A DNA stretch of 64,000 nucleotides from Acidobacteriota bacterium (GCA_019244185.1 JAFATB010000026.1:96001-160000); one strand, 5' to 3'. Positions 25,436 through 36,407 are shown, numbered from the stretch's first letter. Notes: generated from the sequence alone by a model not told the origin. A program made the numbers and translations.

Positions 25436-28231
25436 ATGAACACCAGGCACGTCGTGACGCTTTGCCGGGTCGAGTTCGTCGCCGCGGTCGCGCTCGTTCT
25501 CGTCAACTTCTACAGCCTCGCCACGCGTCCCTCGCTCGGCTTCGACTACAGCACGAGCGACGCGCGCGTGCTGAGCGTGACGCCGGGCGGCCCGGCGGCG
25601 CGCGCGGGGATTGCGCCGGGCGACCGCGTGCTCTCGATCAACGGGGACGTTGTCGCGGCGGACGCGATGCCGCTCTTCTTCGTGCGCGCGGGACAGAGCG
25701 TGCCGGTGATCGTCCAGCGCGGCGAGAACGTGCGCACGATTGCGTTGAGCGCCGTGTCGGCCGAGGAGCAGCGGGAAGAGGCGCTGCGCGCGGGAGGAGC
25801 GCGTGCGGTCAGCGCGATCACGGGATACCTCAACTACCCGCTGCACATCTGGATGCTCGGACTCGCGGCGGCGCTGCTCGTGCTGCGGCCGGGCAACTTC
25901 GACGCGCGACTCGCGGCGCTTTCGCTGACGTCATGGGCGGGGAGTCTCTTTCTCTTCCGCTACTCGGGGATGGGCATCGTGCTCGACGCGCTGCCGGCGC
26001 CGGCGGCGTGGCTGCTGGTGGCGCTCGACGGCACGTTCTCGGCGGGATTCTTCGCGGTCAACCTGCACTTCGCGCTGGTCTTCGCGAGCGAGCGCGCGAC
26101 GCGCGTGTCTCGGACGTGGCAGACGATTCCGTACATCGCGGCGCTGCCGATCTTCATCGAGACATACGCGAACGGGATGCTGCGGCTCCGACACGACGTG
26201 CACGCGGCGGCGCTGCCGTTCGCGAATCTCTACTCGCCGGTCGGCTCGCTGCTGCTCGTGGCGTCGCTGGTCGCGCTGGCGGTGCGTTTCTCGCGGATGC
26301 GCGATGCGAACGCGCGTCGCCGTCTGCTACTGCTGTTTCTGGCGCTGCTGCCGGGCACGATCGCGTTCGCATTCGGATATCTCGTCGACGCGCTGCACCT
26401 CGGCTACGGCTGGGAAGTGACCGCGCGCCTGCTGCACACGCCGACGACGATGCTCGGCTCGTCGATCTTCGCGTACGCGGTCGTGCGCCATCGCATGTTC
26501 AACATCCGCGTGCTGGTGCGGCGCAGCCTGCAGTACGCGCTCGCGCGCGGCACGCTGCTCGCGGTGATGTCGCTGCCGCTGATCGGCTTGGCGCTGTTTC
26601 TCTACGCGCATCGGCGCGACTCGCTGGCGGTGCTGCTGACCGGCACGCCCGCGGTGTACCTGCTCGTCATCCTGCCGCTGCTCGCGGTCGTGCGGTACCG
26701 CAAGCCGCTGCTCGAGGCGCTCGACCGCCGCTTCTTCCGCGAACAGTACGACGCGCGCCGGCTGCTGCTGCACGTCGTGTCGATCATCCGCGGCGGCTCG
26801 GACATGCTCGCGTTGTCGCGCGCGGCGCTCGATGAGATCGACAAGGCGCTGCATCCGAAGCATCTCTCGTTGTGGCAGGCGGATTCGGACGGCGCGGAGC
26901 TGCGCCGCGGGTTCGCGCGCGGCGACGGCACGCATGAGACGCCGCCGCTCGCGGTGAGCGGGACGCTTGCGACGCTGCTGTCTGCCGACGACGAGCCGCT
27001 CGACATCCACAGCCGCCAGACGCGCACGCTGTTGCAGCGATTGCCGGGAGCGGAACGCGACTGGCTGCGGAGCACGGACGCGTATCTGCTCGTGCCGCTG
27101 CTCATCGAGAAGCGGCTCGGCGGACTCCTCGTCCTCGGCGAGCGCAAATCGGAAGAGCCGTACAGCCGCGAAGACCGCGAGCTGCTGCGGATGCTCGGCG
27201 CGCAGCTCGCGCTGACGCTCGACTACTCGCGGCTCAAGCAGTCGCCGTCGCTCGTGTGGGGCACGGCGTCGTCCCCCGCGCCGGTGCATCTCTTCGTCAG
27301 CGACGGACTGCAGCTCTGCCCGCGCTGCGGCCGCTGCTACGCCGCCGACGCGCGCCAGTGCGAGAACGACGAACAGGCGCTCGTCCCCGAGTCGGGCGTG
27401 CCGCGCATGATCGAGGACAAGTACGTCGTCACGCGACTCCTCGGCCGCGGCGGCATGGGCTCGGTCTATCTCGCGACGCAGACGCGGCTCAATCGTCCCG
27501 TGGCGATCAAGGTGCTGCTCTCGCACCTCGTCGGCAGCTCGTCGATGCGCACGCGCTTCGAGCGCGAGGCGCGCATCGTGGCGCGGCTGCGTCATCCGGC
27601 GATCGTGACGATCCACGACTTCGGCGTGCTGCCGTCGGGGCACGCGTATCTCGTGATGGAGTATCTCGACGGCGACACGCTGCGGAAGACGATCACGTCG
27701 GGGCCGCAGGCGCTCGCGCCGGCGCTCGGCATTCTGCGTCCCGTTGCCGAGGCCATCGATGCCGCGCATCGCGCGGGCGTCGTGCATCGCGATCTCAAGC
27801 CGGAGAACATCATGCTCGTGCGCGACGACGCGAACAGCACGCCGCGCGTGCTCGACTTCGGTCTCGCGAAGATGACTGGGCCGATCGGCGAAGACGAGGC
27901 GACGCTCGTACAGTCGAACCACAGCGCGGGCGTGGTCGGGACGCTCATGTACATGGCGCCGGAGGTGCTGAGCGGACATGCGGCGGATGCGCGCGCGGAT
28001 CAGTACAGCCTCGCGCTGATCGCGTACGAGCTGCTCGCCGGCGAGCATCCGCTCGGGCGTTCGACCGACCTCGCGTCCGTCGTGCGCGGGCACACGGAGA
28101 CGGCGATGATGCCGATTCGCTCACGCGTGGACGTCCCGCAGCACGTGTCCGATGCGATCGACCGCGCGCTGTCGAAGAGAGCGGATGCGCGCTTCGCGAG
28201 CGTCGGCGAGTTTCTCGCGGCGCTCGGTTAG
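25436..28231 (+). CDS. Membrane Ser/Thr protein kinase (PDZ - multi-TM - GAF - Zn ribbon - kinase)
   Basis: PGGPAARAGI..GDRVLSING; LGRGGMG, VAIK, HRDLKPEN, DFG, YMAPE; CPRC/QCEND. Confidence 0.92.
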   Translation: MNTRHVVTLCRVEFVAAVALVLVNFYSLATRPSLGFDYSTSDARVLSVTPGGPAARAGIAPGDRVLSINGDVVAADAMPLFFVRAGQSVPVIVQRGENVRTIALSAVSAEEQREEALRAGGARAVSAITGYLNYPLHIWMLGLAAALLVLRPGNFDARLAALSLTSWAGSLFLFRYSGMGIVLDALPAPAAWLLVALDGTFSAGFFAVNLHFALVFASERATRVSRTWQTIPYIAALPIFIETYANGMLRLRHDVHAAALPFANLYSPVGSLLLVASLVALAVRFSRMRDANARRRLLLLFLALLPGTIAFAFGYLVDALHLGYGWEVTARLLHTPTTMLGSSIFAYAVVRHRMFNIRVLVRRSLQYALARGTLLAVMSLPLIGLALFLYAHRRDSLAVLLTGTPAVYLLVILPLLAVVRYRKPLLEALDRRFFREQYDARRLLLHVVSIIRGGSDMLALSRAALDEIDKALHPKHLSLWQADSDGAELRRGFARGDGTHETPPLAVSGTLATLLSADDEPLDIHSRQTRTLLQRLPGAERDWLRSTDAYLLVPLLIEKRLGGLLVLGERKSEEPYSREDRELLRMLGAQLALTLDYSRLKQSPSLVWGTASSPAPVHLFVSDGLQLCPRCGRCYAADARQCENDEQALVPESGVPRMIEDKYVVTRLLGRGGMGSVYLATQTRLNRPVAIKVLLSHLVGSSSMRTRFEREARIVARLRHPAIVTIHDFGVLPSGHAYLVMEYLDGDTLRKTITSGPQALAPALGILRPVAEAIDAAHRAGVVHRDLKPENIMLVRDDANSTPRVLDFGLAKMTGPIGEDEATLVQSNHSAGVVGTLMYMAPEVLSGHAADARADQYSLALIAYELLAGEHPLGRSTDLASVVRGHTETAMMPIRSRVDVPQHVSDAIDRALSKRADARFASVGEFLAALG

Positions 28232-29010
28232 GGAACGATCATCACCGGCACGTTCGCGTGCCGCACGATGTCGAGCTTCCCTTCGCTGAGCGCGCCTTTC
28301 GCGTTGAGGAAGATCGCGTCGATGTCGCGCTTCTCCGCGTACGACACGATCTCTTCCTCGGCGCGCTTGCCGGTGACGATGGCGATGGTCGCGTTGGGCA
28401 GCGTCTGTGCGATCTGCTGCAGATGCGCCTCCGCGCGCGAACGCAACTCGCCGTCGCAGACTGTGACGAGGTGCAGCTCCTTCGCGACCTGCTTCGCGAG
28501 ATCGAGCGCGGTGTGCGCGGTCTGGTCGAGATGCACCGGCACGACGACGCGGCCGAAGACGTCCGTGCGCCTGCGGATGCCGTAGCGGATCGCGAGCACC
28601 GGCGCGGGCGGCGCGTCGAGCACCGAGCGCGTCGTCGAGCCGACGAAGAGATGCGCGACGTGATGCCGCGCGTGCGTGGCGATGACGATGAGATCGACGC
28701 CTTCGTCTTTCGCGACGTGCGCGATCTCGTCGCCGATGCCCGGCGCCTGCCGCACGATGAGGCGCGTCGCGACAGACGAGTTCGCGCGGCGCACGCGATC
28801 GCGCAGACGATCGAGCTCCGACTGTTCGACGTATTCGTAAAGCGAGGGATCGGCCTTGAACCGCAGTTCCTGAGGATGCGAAGGCCACGTCATGCGCACG
28901 TGCAGGATGAGCAGCTCGGCGCGGTCCGCCGCGGCGATGCGGACGGCATCGTCGAACACCCACTCCGACGCGGTGGAGAAGTCGGTCGGGATCAGCAGAC
29001 GGTGAAACAT
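28228..29010 (-). CDS. Universal stress protein (tandem USP)
   Basis: LLIPTDFS, DLIVIATH...GSTT, PVLAI; C-terminal VPVMIVP. Confidence 0.9.
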   Translation of the reverse strand: MFHRLLIPTDFSTASEWVFDDAVRIAAADRAELLILHVRMTWPSHPQELRFKADPSLYEYVEQSELDRLRDRVRRANSSVATRLIVRQAPGIGDEIAHVAKDEGVDLIVIATHARHHVAHLFVGSTTRSVLDAPPAPVLAIRYGIRRRTDVFGRVVVPVHLDQTAHTALDLAKQVAKELHLVTVCDGELRSRAEAHLQQIAQTLPNATIAIVTGKRAEEEIVSYAEKRDIDAIFLNAKGALSEGKLDIVRHANVPVMIVP

Positions 29011-29033
29011 GTCGGTTGCAGCTTCGGCAACCG

Positions 29034-29672
29034 CTATCGTGCCACAGGCGCGGCCGGTTCCGCCGCCGGTTCCGCGGTGCCGACCGTCGCAACGGCGGCG
29101 GCGGGCGCGGTGGGCGAGGGTCCCGGGGTCACGATGTAGCGGATGACGGTCTTCGGCTCCGCCTCGGTCTCGGCGACCTGCAGCGTGATCTGCTGGCCGT
29201 TCGGATCGAGTGCCTCGCCGGGGATGAACGGGTCCTGCATGGCCTGGTTGAGCTGCACCTCGAGCGTGCGCCAGTTCTTCTGCTCCGGCGGATACGGATC
29301 CTGCGCGGGGAAGGCGCGGAACTGCGCGAGGTACGTCGTGTAGTAGTGATAGACCTGCGGGAACGAGTCGTCGGTGGCGAGCGTGTAGACGCGTGCGCCG
29401 GCGCCGTACTTGTTGCGCGTCATCACGGCGTCGCGGCTGGTGAGATCGCTGCGGAACTGCGCGCCGTCGTAGATCGGGATGGCGCGGTTGATGGAGCCGA
29501 GCTCCTGCCTCGCGTCGACGTTCGGCTGCGCCGCGGTGGCGGCGGGCGCCTCACGCGCGGGCTGCTTCTCTTCGGCCGCCTTCGATTCGGTGCCGCCCGT
29601 GCAACCGGCGGCGAGAGCGGTCGAAAGCAGCGTGGCCAGCAGGGTTGCGGCGGCGCTCGTGCGGGTCGTCAT
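29034..29672 (-). CDS. Putative lipoprotein
   Basis: Signal peptide with LAAGC lipobox. Confidence 0.7.
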   Translation of the reverse strand: MTTRTSAAATLLATLLSTALAAGCTGGTESKAAEEKQPAREAPAATAAQPNVDARQELGSINRAIPIYDGAQFRSDLTSRDAVMTRNKYGAGARVYTLATDDSFPQVYHYYTTYLAQFRAFPAQDPYPPEQKNWRTLEVQLNQAMQDPFIPGEALDPNGQQITLQVAETEAEPKTVIRYIVTPGPSPTAPAAAVATVGTAEPAAEPAAPVAR

Positions 29673-29706
29673 CGAGCTTCGATACAGCAATGGGTATGCC
29701 GCTCTC

Positions 29707-30210
29707 TCAATTGTTCTGCGCTTGGAAGGCAACCGAACGGTACCGTTTGGCGTCGCTGCGCAGGCGTTCGAGCGCGGTCTCGCCGCCGTACTTCGCGACC
29801 AGGCGCTCGTCGTAGAGGTCGGAGATGTTGGCCACGCTGTCGAGCGAGGCGATGAGCTGCTCGGGACGGAGGCGGCGGCCGAGGAAGGAGTGCGAGTAGA
29901 AGATGTCGCCGCCGACCATGCTGAACGCGCCGAGCGGCACTTCGGCGTTGAGGCGGAGCAACTCCTGAGCGAGGTCGAACGTCGGCTCGACGCCCTGCAC
30001 GCAGAACGCGAGCACCTCGATCACCGCGTCGTCTTCCTCGAAAGGATCGATCGAGATCTCCAGCACGGTCGAGCCGTACTTGAGGTAGAAGTCACAGTGG
30101 TCGGCATCGTCGAAGTGCTCGTCGACGAGTTCGTCGAGGTACGACTTCACCTGACGATAGACTTCCTCCTGGCACTGGCTGTGGAACTGCTTGGCTCCTG
30201 AGCGCGGCAT
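29707..30210 (-). CDS. YbjN/CesT-like chaperone-fold protein
   Basis: YGST, LLRLNAEVPLGAF, DLYDERLVAKYGG. Confidence 0.75.
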   Translation of the reverse strand: MPRSGAKQFHSQCQEEVYRQVKSYLDELVDEHFDDADHCDFYLKYGSTVLEISIDPFEEDDAVIEVLAFCVQGVEPTFDLAQELLRLNAEVPLGAFSMVGGDIFYSHSFLGRRLRPEQLIASLDSVANISDLYDERLVAKYGGETALERLRSDAKRYRSVAFQAQNN

Positions 30211-30227
30211 GTGCGGCGATTATAGCG

Positions 30228-31418
30228 ATGAAGAGTGACGACGACGCATTTGCGCGAGACCGCAGACGGCAGCTCGTCCTGAAGCGAGGCAAGGAGCGCG
30301 TCGCGGCGAATCGTCATCCGTGGATTTTCGCGGGCGCACTTCACGCGGAGCGCGGACCGGAAGACGCCGCGCTGGCGGACCTCGTCGACGCGTCCGGCGC
30401 GCGCATCGCGTCGGGCTTCTACTCGAAGCAGTCGCAGATCCGCTTACGCGCGCTGACGTTCGGCGACGAAGAGCTGACGCCGGAGCTGCTCGACGCGCGC
30501 ATCACGCGCGCGATCGCGCGTCGCAAGCCGATCTTCGACGACGCGACGAACGCCGCGCGGCTCATTCACGCGGAAGGCGATGACCTCAGTAGCATCGTCG
30601 TCGATCGCTACGACGACGTCGTCGTCGTGGAGATCGGCAGCCGCGGCGCGGAGCGACTGAAGCCGCTCATCGTCGACGCGCTGCGACGCGAGCTCGCGCC
30701 GCGCGTGATCTTCTTCAAGAACGATCTGCCCGCGCGCGCGCTCGAACAGCTGACCACGACCGCCGAACAGATCGGCGACGGCGCGCCGCGCACGACGATC
30801 CGCGAGTCGGGTTTGCGCTTTCACGTCGATCCCGCCGCGGGACAGAAGACCGGCTTCTTTCTCGATCAGCGCGAGAACCGCCGTCTCGCACGGACGCTCG
30901 CGACCGGCAAGCGCGCGCTGAATCTCTTCTCGTACAGCGGCGCGTTCGGCGTTTACGCGGCGGCGGGCGGCGCGAGCTCCGTGACGAACGTCGACGTCTC
31001 CGCGCCGGCCATTGAAACCGCGCGCGAGAACCACGCGCTCAACGGCTTCGACGCGACGCACCTCGTCGCCGACGCGTTTCAGTACGTGCGGCAGACGCGC
31101 GAGCAGTTCGACCTTCTGATCTGCGATCCGCCCGCGTTCGCGAAGTCACGCCACGACGTCGAGCGCGCGGCGCGCGGCTACAAGGACGTCAACCTCTTTG
31201 CGATGCGCCTGGTGTCGCCGGGAGGTCTCATGATGACGTTCTCGTGCTCGGGCCACATGTCGCTCGATCTCTTCCAGAAAGTCCTCTTCGCGGCGGCGCT
31301 CGACGCCGGACGGCGCGTCTCGTTCGTGCGCAGGCTCGGCGCCGGTCCCGATCATCCGGTGTCGATCTACTGTCCGGAAGGGGAGTATCTCAAGGGCTTT
31401 CTGCTCGAGATTCACTGA
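30228..31418 (+). CDS. rlmI: RlmI-like class I SAM-dependent rRNA methyltransferase
   Basis: HPWIF (PUA), GQKTGFFLDQRENR, LNLFSYSG, DPPAF, FSCS, EYLKG. Confidence 0.88.
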   Translation: MKSDDDAFARDRRRQLVLKRGKERVAANRHPWIFAGALHAERGPEDAALADLVDASGARIASGFYSKQSQIRLRALTFGDEELTPELLDARITRAIARRKPIFDDATNAARLIHAEGDDLSSIVVDRYDDVVVVEIGSRGAERLKPLIVDALRRELAPRVIFFKNDLPARALEQLTTTAEQIGDGAPRTTIRESGLRFHVDPAAGQKTGFFLDQRENRRLARTLATGKRALNLFSYSGAFGVYAAAGGASSVTNVDVSAPAIETARENHALNGFDATHLVADAFQYVRQTREQFDLLICDPPAFAKSRHDVERAARGYKDVNLFAMRLVSPGGLMMTFSCSGHMSLDLFQKVLFAAALDAGRRVSFVRRLGAGPDHPVSIYCPEGEYLKGFLLEIH

Positions 31419-32175
31419 CGCGCTCGATCCGCATCTCCACCGAGCGCTCGCTTCCGTCCCAGCGGATTTCCGCCGTTCCGGAAAGCTGGAGCGTGCGCGC
31501 GAAGTCGGTGAAGAGCAGGCCGCAGCGCGGATTCACGGCGAGGTTCCCGAGCGTGTTGAACATGTTGTTGCCCGGAAAGTCGTCCCACGCGACGCGTTGC
31601 GCGTCCGCGCGCACGAAGCCCGCCCGTCCGCCGCGGTGCGACGCGTCCGCGCCGCGTTCGGGATGCGCGGTGCCGATGAAGAACGTGTCCGCGCCGCGAA
31701 TCCACGCCTGCTGTTCGGCGGACAGCGCGTCGCCGCTCGCGCGCACGTCGAGCCGCGGCACGCGCACGTCCTGCGGCGTGATGTACTGCGGACAGTTGCC
31801 GTAGACCTCGCGCGTCGTGACGACGATCGCGTCGCCGTCGAACCGCGCGATGCCGTTGAAGCGCATGCGCCGGCGCGCGGCGAAGTCGATGACGAGCACG
31901 CCGATCGGTCCGGCGAAGACTTCGTTGCGCGCGAGCGGCGCGAGCACGAGCGTCCGCTCGTCGATCGCGCGCGCGAATCCCGGAGCGCCAACGAGCAGCG
32001 ACGTCCAGACGCGCGCGTCGCCGTCGAGCGTCGCGGCGATGGCCACGCGCTGCGCCGCGAGAAACGGCACGGCCGCGGGCGGGATCGTGTCGTTGATGAT
32101 GCGGCCGACGCGCGCAGCGAGATCGGAGACGCCCGCGCGCGCCTGTACGGCCAGCTCGCCTTCGTGAAAGCTCAT
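31390..32175 (-). CDS. Pyridoxamine 5'-phosphate oxidase family protein (tandem FMN-binding domains)
   Basis: FHEGELAVQ, GNCPQYI, ADASHRGG..GFV, GNNMFNTLGN. Confidence 0.88.
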   Translation of the reverse strand: MSFHEGELAVQARAGVSDLAARVGRIINDTIPPAAVPFLAAQRVAIAATLDGDARVWTSLLVGAPGFARAIDERTLVLAPLARNEVFAGPIGVLVIDFAARRRMRFNGIARFDGDAIVVTTREVYGNCPQYITPQDVRVPRLDVRASGDALSAEQQAWIRGADTFFIGTAHPERGADASHRGGRAGFVRADAQRVAWDDFPGNNMFNTLGNLAVNPRCGLLFTDFARTLQLSGTAEIRWDGSERSVEMRIERVSESRAESP

Positions 32176-32241
32176 GAACCTGCCGAAAGTATAGAAGCGC
32201 GGGAGTAGAATCGCCGGACCGGCAGTTTTTCGCCTTCAGTC

Positions 32242-34050
32242 ATGACCACGCTGACGAACGTTCCGGTGCCGCGCGCGTCCCGCGACCTCACGGTGGCGTA
32301 TCTCGGCGAGCTGCTGTTCAACGCCGGCTTCATCGACGAGCGCCAGCGCGCGGACGTCGACGCCGCCGACCGGCAGTTCCGCCTGCAGGCGCGCGCGTCG
32401 AAACTGCGCACCGAGGACGAGGCCAGTCCGATCCGCGTGCTCATGGCGATGAACCTCACCGACGCCAGCGGCAACGGCACGCGCATCGACGACTTCCTCA
32501 TCGCGCGCCTCATCGCGGAGGACGCGCATCTGCCGTTCTTCAAAATCGATCCGCTCAAGCTCGACGTGGCGATGATCGAGGCGAAGATCTCGCGGCCGTT
32601 CGCGCGGCGCCACAAGATGGTTCCGGTAGCCGTGCGCGACGGCAAGCTCGTCGTGGCGGTCGTCAATCCGTTCGATCACGTCGCCGTCGATTCGTACCGG
32701 CCGATGGCGAAGCAGGAGCTCGACCTCGTCGTCTCGTCGGAATCCGACGTGATGGGCGTGATCAACGAGCAGTACGGCTTCCGCGCGTCGGTCACGAAAG
32801 CGGAGCGTGATCTCACGAAGGGCGCGCTCGACCTCACCAACCTCGAGCAGTACGTCAAGCTCAAGTCGGGCGCGGAGATCGAGACCAGCGACGCGCACAT
32901 CGTCAACGCGGTCGACTTCCTCCTGCAGCACGCGTTCGACTCGCGGGCGTCGGACATCCACATCGAGCCGAAGCGCGAGCACGCCACGATCCGCTTCCGC
33001 ATCGACGGCGTGCTCCACGAGATCCAGCGCGTGCCGAAGCTCGTCAACCTCGCCATCACCTCGCGCCTCAAGACGATGTGCCGCATGGACATCGCCGAGA
33101 AGCGCCGCCCGCAGGACGGCCGCATCAAGACCGAGCGCGAGGGCAAAGAAGTCGAACTGCGCGTGTCGACGCTGCCGACCGCATTCGGCGAGAAGGTCGT
33201 GATGCGCATCTTCGACCCCGAGGTGCTCATTCGCGACCTCGGAGGCCTCGGGTTCTACGAGGACGAGCTGAAGACGTTCGCCGACTGGATCAAGCGTCCG
33301 CACGGCATCATCCTCGTCACCGGTCCGACCGGCTCGGGCAAGACCGTCACGCTCTATTCGGCGCTCAAGAGTCTCGCCTCGCCGGAGATCAACATCACCA
33401 CGATCGAAGACCCGATCGAGATGGTGTCCGACGAGTTCAACCAGACCTCGGTGCAGAACAAGATCGGGATCACGTTCGCGTCGGCGCTGCGCACGATCCT
33501 GCGGCAGGACCCCGACATCATCATGGTCGGCGAGATCCGCGACGCCGAGACTGCACAGAATGCGGTGCAGGCCGCGCTGACCGGGCACCTCGTCTTCTCC
33601 ACGCTGCACACGAACGACGCGTCGACGTCGATCACGCGCCTCGTCGACCTCGGCATCCAGCCGTTTCTGATCTCGTCGACGCTCATCGGCGCGATGGCGC
33701 AGCGCCTCGTGCGCAAGATCTGTCAGGACTGCCGCACGAACCGGCCGCTCAGCGTCGAGGAAGCGTCGATGCTCAACCTGCAGGCGCCGGCGGGCAAGCG
33801 CATCATCGTCAAGGAAGGCTCGGGCTGCATCCGCTGCCGCAACACCGGCTACTACGGCCGCACCGGCATCTTCGAGATCCTGCCGGTCGACAACTCCATC
33901 CGCGATCTCGTCGACCGCGGCGAGGACTTCCTCAAGATCAAGGAGATGGCCATCAAGCGGGGCATGCGCACGCTGCGGCAAAGCGCGCTGCGCAAGCTCG
34001 CGGAAGGGCTGACGACGTTCGAGGAAGTAGTGCGCGTGACGGGTCTTTAG
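32242..34050 (+). CDS. GspE/PilB-family secretion ATPase
   Basis: ASDIHIEP, PQDGRI, GPTGSGKT, EDPIE, LRQDPD, STLHTN, CxxC...CxxC. Confidence 0.93.
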   Translation: MTTLTNVPVPRASRDLTVAYLGELLFNAGFIDERQRADVDAADRQFRLQARASKLRTEDEASPIRVLMAMNLTDASGNGTRIDDFLIARLIAEDAHLPFFKIDPLKLDVAMIEAKISRPFARRHKMVPVAVRDGKLVVAVVNPFDHVAVDSYRPMAKQELDLVVSSESDVMGVINEQYGFRASVTKAERDLTKGALDLTNLEQYVKLKSGAEIETSDAHIVNAVDFLLQHAFDSRASDIHIEPKREHATIRFRIDGVLHEIQRVPKLVNLAITSRLKTMCRMDIAEKRRPQDGRIKTEREGKEVELRVSTLPTAFGEKVVMRIFDPEVLIRDLGGLGFYEDELKTFADWIKRPHGIILVTGPTGSGKTVTLYSALKSLASPEINITTIEDPIEMVSDEFNQTSVQNKIGITFASALRTILRQDPDIIMVGEIRDAETAQNAVQAALTGHLVFSTLHTNDASTSITRLVDLGIQPFLISSTLIGAMAQRLVRKICQDCRTNRPLSVEEASMLNLQAPAGKRIIVKEGSGCIRCRNTGYYGRTGIFEILPVDNSIRDLVDRGEDFLKIKEMAIKRGMRTLRQSALRKLAEGLTTFEEVVRVTGL

Positions 34051-34094
34051 GCGTGCAAAAAGCGCCTGGCGAGCGCGTGCTATTCTCTTGAATC

Positions 34095-36407
34095 ATGACC
34101 GCGCAGGCGTCCTCGTCCTCGTCGCTGGAACGGGAGCTGGAGTACCGCAAACGGCTCACCGCGATCGCGAATCAGATCAATTCCGCGGAGTCCATTCCGC
34201 ACATTCTCATGACGCTCAAGGATCGCATCCTGGAGCTGCTGGACGCGGAACGGCTGACGATCTACGCCGTCGACACGAAGAACCAGGAACTGTATTCGCT
34301 GCAGAAAGTCGGCGATCAGCCGAAGGAGATCCGCGTTCCGAAATCGTTCGCGTCGATCGCCGGCTTCACCGCGCTCGCGCGCAAGACGATCAACATCAAG
34401 GATGCGTACGACGCGTCCGAACTGCAGCGCTTCCACGCGAACCTCCGCTTCGATCAGCGCTGGGACAAGCAGACCGGCTTCCGCACGAAGGCCGTGCTCG
34501 CGGTGCCGATCCTCTTCGAGAAATACCTCCTCGGTGTCGTGCAGCTGATCAACAAGCGCCTCGGCGTCGCGTTCACGGCGCAGGACGAAGACGCGGCGGA
34601 AGAGATCGCACGCATCCTCGGCATCGCCTTCTACAACCAGCACCGCGTGACGCGGCAGTCGAAGCCGTCGCGCTTCGGGACGCTGATCGACAAGGGCGCA
34701 CTGTCGGAGAAAGACCTCGAGCAGGCCGTCAGCAACGCGCGCGTCAACAACACCAACGTCGAGAAGGTGCTGATCGAGGACTACAACGTGCCGCGCGAGG
34801 AGATCGGGCGCTCGCTCTCCGCGTACTACTCCGCGCCGTGGTTCGACTACACCGGCACGCAGACGATTCCCGCCGATCTGCGCGATCGCGTTTCGGCCGA
34901 CATCTGGCGCAAACACGGCGCGGCGCCGATCGACCGCAAGCCGGGCATGCTGATCCTGGCCGTGGACGATCCGCAGGACCTCACGCGCCTCGACGGCATC
35001 CGCGCCATGAACCTCGCGCCGCGCTACGAGTTCCACGTCGCGATGAAGCACGACATCCTCGCGTACCTCGCCGCGTCGTACGGCGAGAAGACGGAAGCGG
35101 AGCAGACCGGCGAGTCGACGGAGTGGGCGAAGATCCTCGACTCCCTCGGCGAAGGCGAGCGCGTGGAGCTCGACGACAATCCGACCACCGAGCCGGAGAT
35201 CGACGAGACCGACTCCGGCATCGTGCGCCTCGCGAATCAGCTGATCATCGAGGCCTTCGCGCGCGGCGCGTCGGACATCCACGTCGAGCCCGACGGGCAA
35301 CGTCACCCGTGCACGATCCGCCTCCGCATCGACGGCGACTGCCAGAAGTTCATGGAGATCCCGGGCGCGCACAAGAACGCGCTCGTGCAGCGCCTCAAGA
35401 TCATGGCCAAGCTCGACATCTCCGAGCGCCGCAAGCCGCAGGACGGCAAGATCCGCTTCAAGTATTCGAAGGGGACCATCGAGCTGCGCGTCGCCACGAT
35501 CCCGACCACGAACCAGAACGAAGACGTGGTCATGCGCATCCTCGCCGCGTCGAAGCCGCTGCCGCTCGACAAGATGGGCTTCAGCGACAAGAACCTCGCG
35601 CGCTTCAAAGAGCTCCTCGCGAAGCCGTACGGCATCGCGCTCGTGGTCGGTCCGACCGGCTCGGGCAAGACGACCACGCTGCATTCGGCGCTCGGCTTCA
35701 TCAATACCGAGGACATGAAGATCTGGACCGCGGAGGATCCGGTCGAGATCACGCAGAAGGGACTGCGCCAGGTGCAGGTGCAGCCGAAGATCGACTTCAC
35801 ATTCGCGGCGGCGATGCGCTCGTTCCTGCGCGCCGATCCGGACGTGATCATGGTCGGCGAAATGCGCGATCACGAGACCGCGGCCATCGGCATCGAGGCG
35901 TCGCTCACCGGACACCTCGTGTTCTCCACGCTGCACACGAACTCGGCGCCGGAGACGATCACGCGTCTCCTCGACATGAACATCGATCCCTTCAACTTCG
36001 CCGACGCGCTCCTCGGCATCATGGCCCAGCGCCTCATCCGCACGCTCTGCCCGAAATGCAAAGAGGGCTACAACCCGACGCCGGAAGAGTTCGAGGAGAT
36101 CATCGAGGCGTACGGCTACGACTACTGGAAAGAGACCGGCATCACGTACTCGCCGCAGCTGACGCTGTACCGGCCGAAGGGCTGCCCGAACTGCATGAAC
36201 ACGGGCTACAAAGGCCGCATGGGCGTGCACGAGCTGCTCGTCGGCACCGACGAGATGAAGCGCGCGATCCAGCACCGCTCGCCGATCGACGAGCTGCGCC
36301 GCCTGGCCATGGAGCAGGGGATGCGCACGCTGATGCAGGACGCGATCGAGAAGGCGTTCAAAGGCGTGACCGACGTCAAGCAGGCGCGCGCGATCGCGGT
36401 GAAGTAG
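34095..36407 (+). CDS. GAF-domain-fused GspE/PilB ATPase
   Basis: N-terminal GAF (DKQTGFRTKAVL, QLINK..FT..DE); ATPase motifs as in the upstream paralogue. Confidence 0.92.
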   Translation: MTAQASSSSSLERELEYRKRLTAIANQINSAESIPHILMTLKDRILELLDAERLTIYAVDTKNQELYSLQKVGDQPKEIRVPKSFASIAGFTALARKTINIKDAYDASELQRFHANLRFDQRWDKQTGFRTKAVLAVPILFEKYLLGVVQLINKRLGVAFTAQDEDAAEEIARILGIAFYNQHRVTRQSKPSRFGTLIDKGALSEKDLEQAVSNARVNNTNVEKVLIEDYNVPREEIGRSLSAYYSAPWFDYTGTQTIPADLRDRVSADIWRKHGAAPIDRKPGMLILAVDDPQDLTRLDGIRAMNLAPRYEFHVAMKHDILAYLAASYGEKTEAEQTGESTEWAKILDSLGEGERVELDDNPTTEPEIDETDSGIVRLANQLIIEAFARGASDIHVEPDGQRHPCTIRLRIDGDCQKFMEIPGAHKNALVQRLKIMAKLDISERRKPQDGKIRFKYSKGTIELRVATIPTTNQNEDVVMRILAASKPLPLDKMGFSDKNLARFKELLAKPYGIALVVGPTGSGKTTTLHSALGFINTEDMKIWTAEDPVEITQKGLRQVQVQPKIDFTFAAAMRSFLRADPDVIMVGEMRDHETAAIGIEASLTGHLVFSTLHTNSAPETITRLLDMNIDPFNFADALLGIMAQRLIRTLCPKCKEGYNPTPEEFEEIIEAYGYDYWKETGITYSPQLTLYRPKGCPNCMNTGYKGRMGVHELLVGTDEMKRAIQHRSPIDELRRLAMEQGMRTLMQDAIEKAFKGVTDVKQARAIAVK

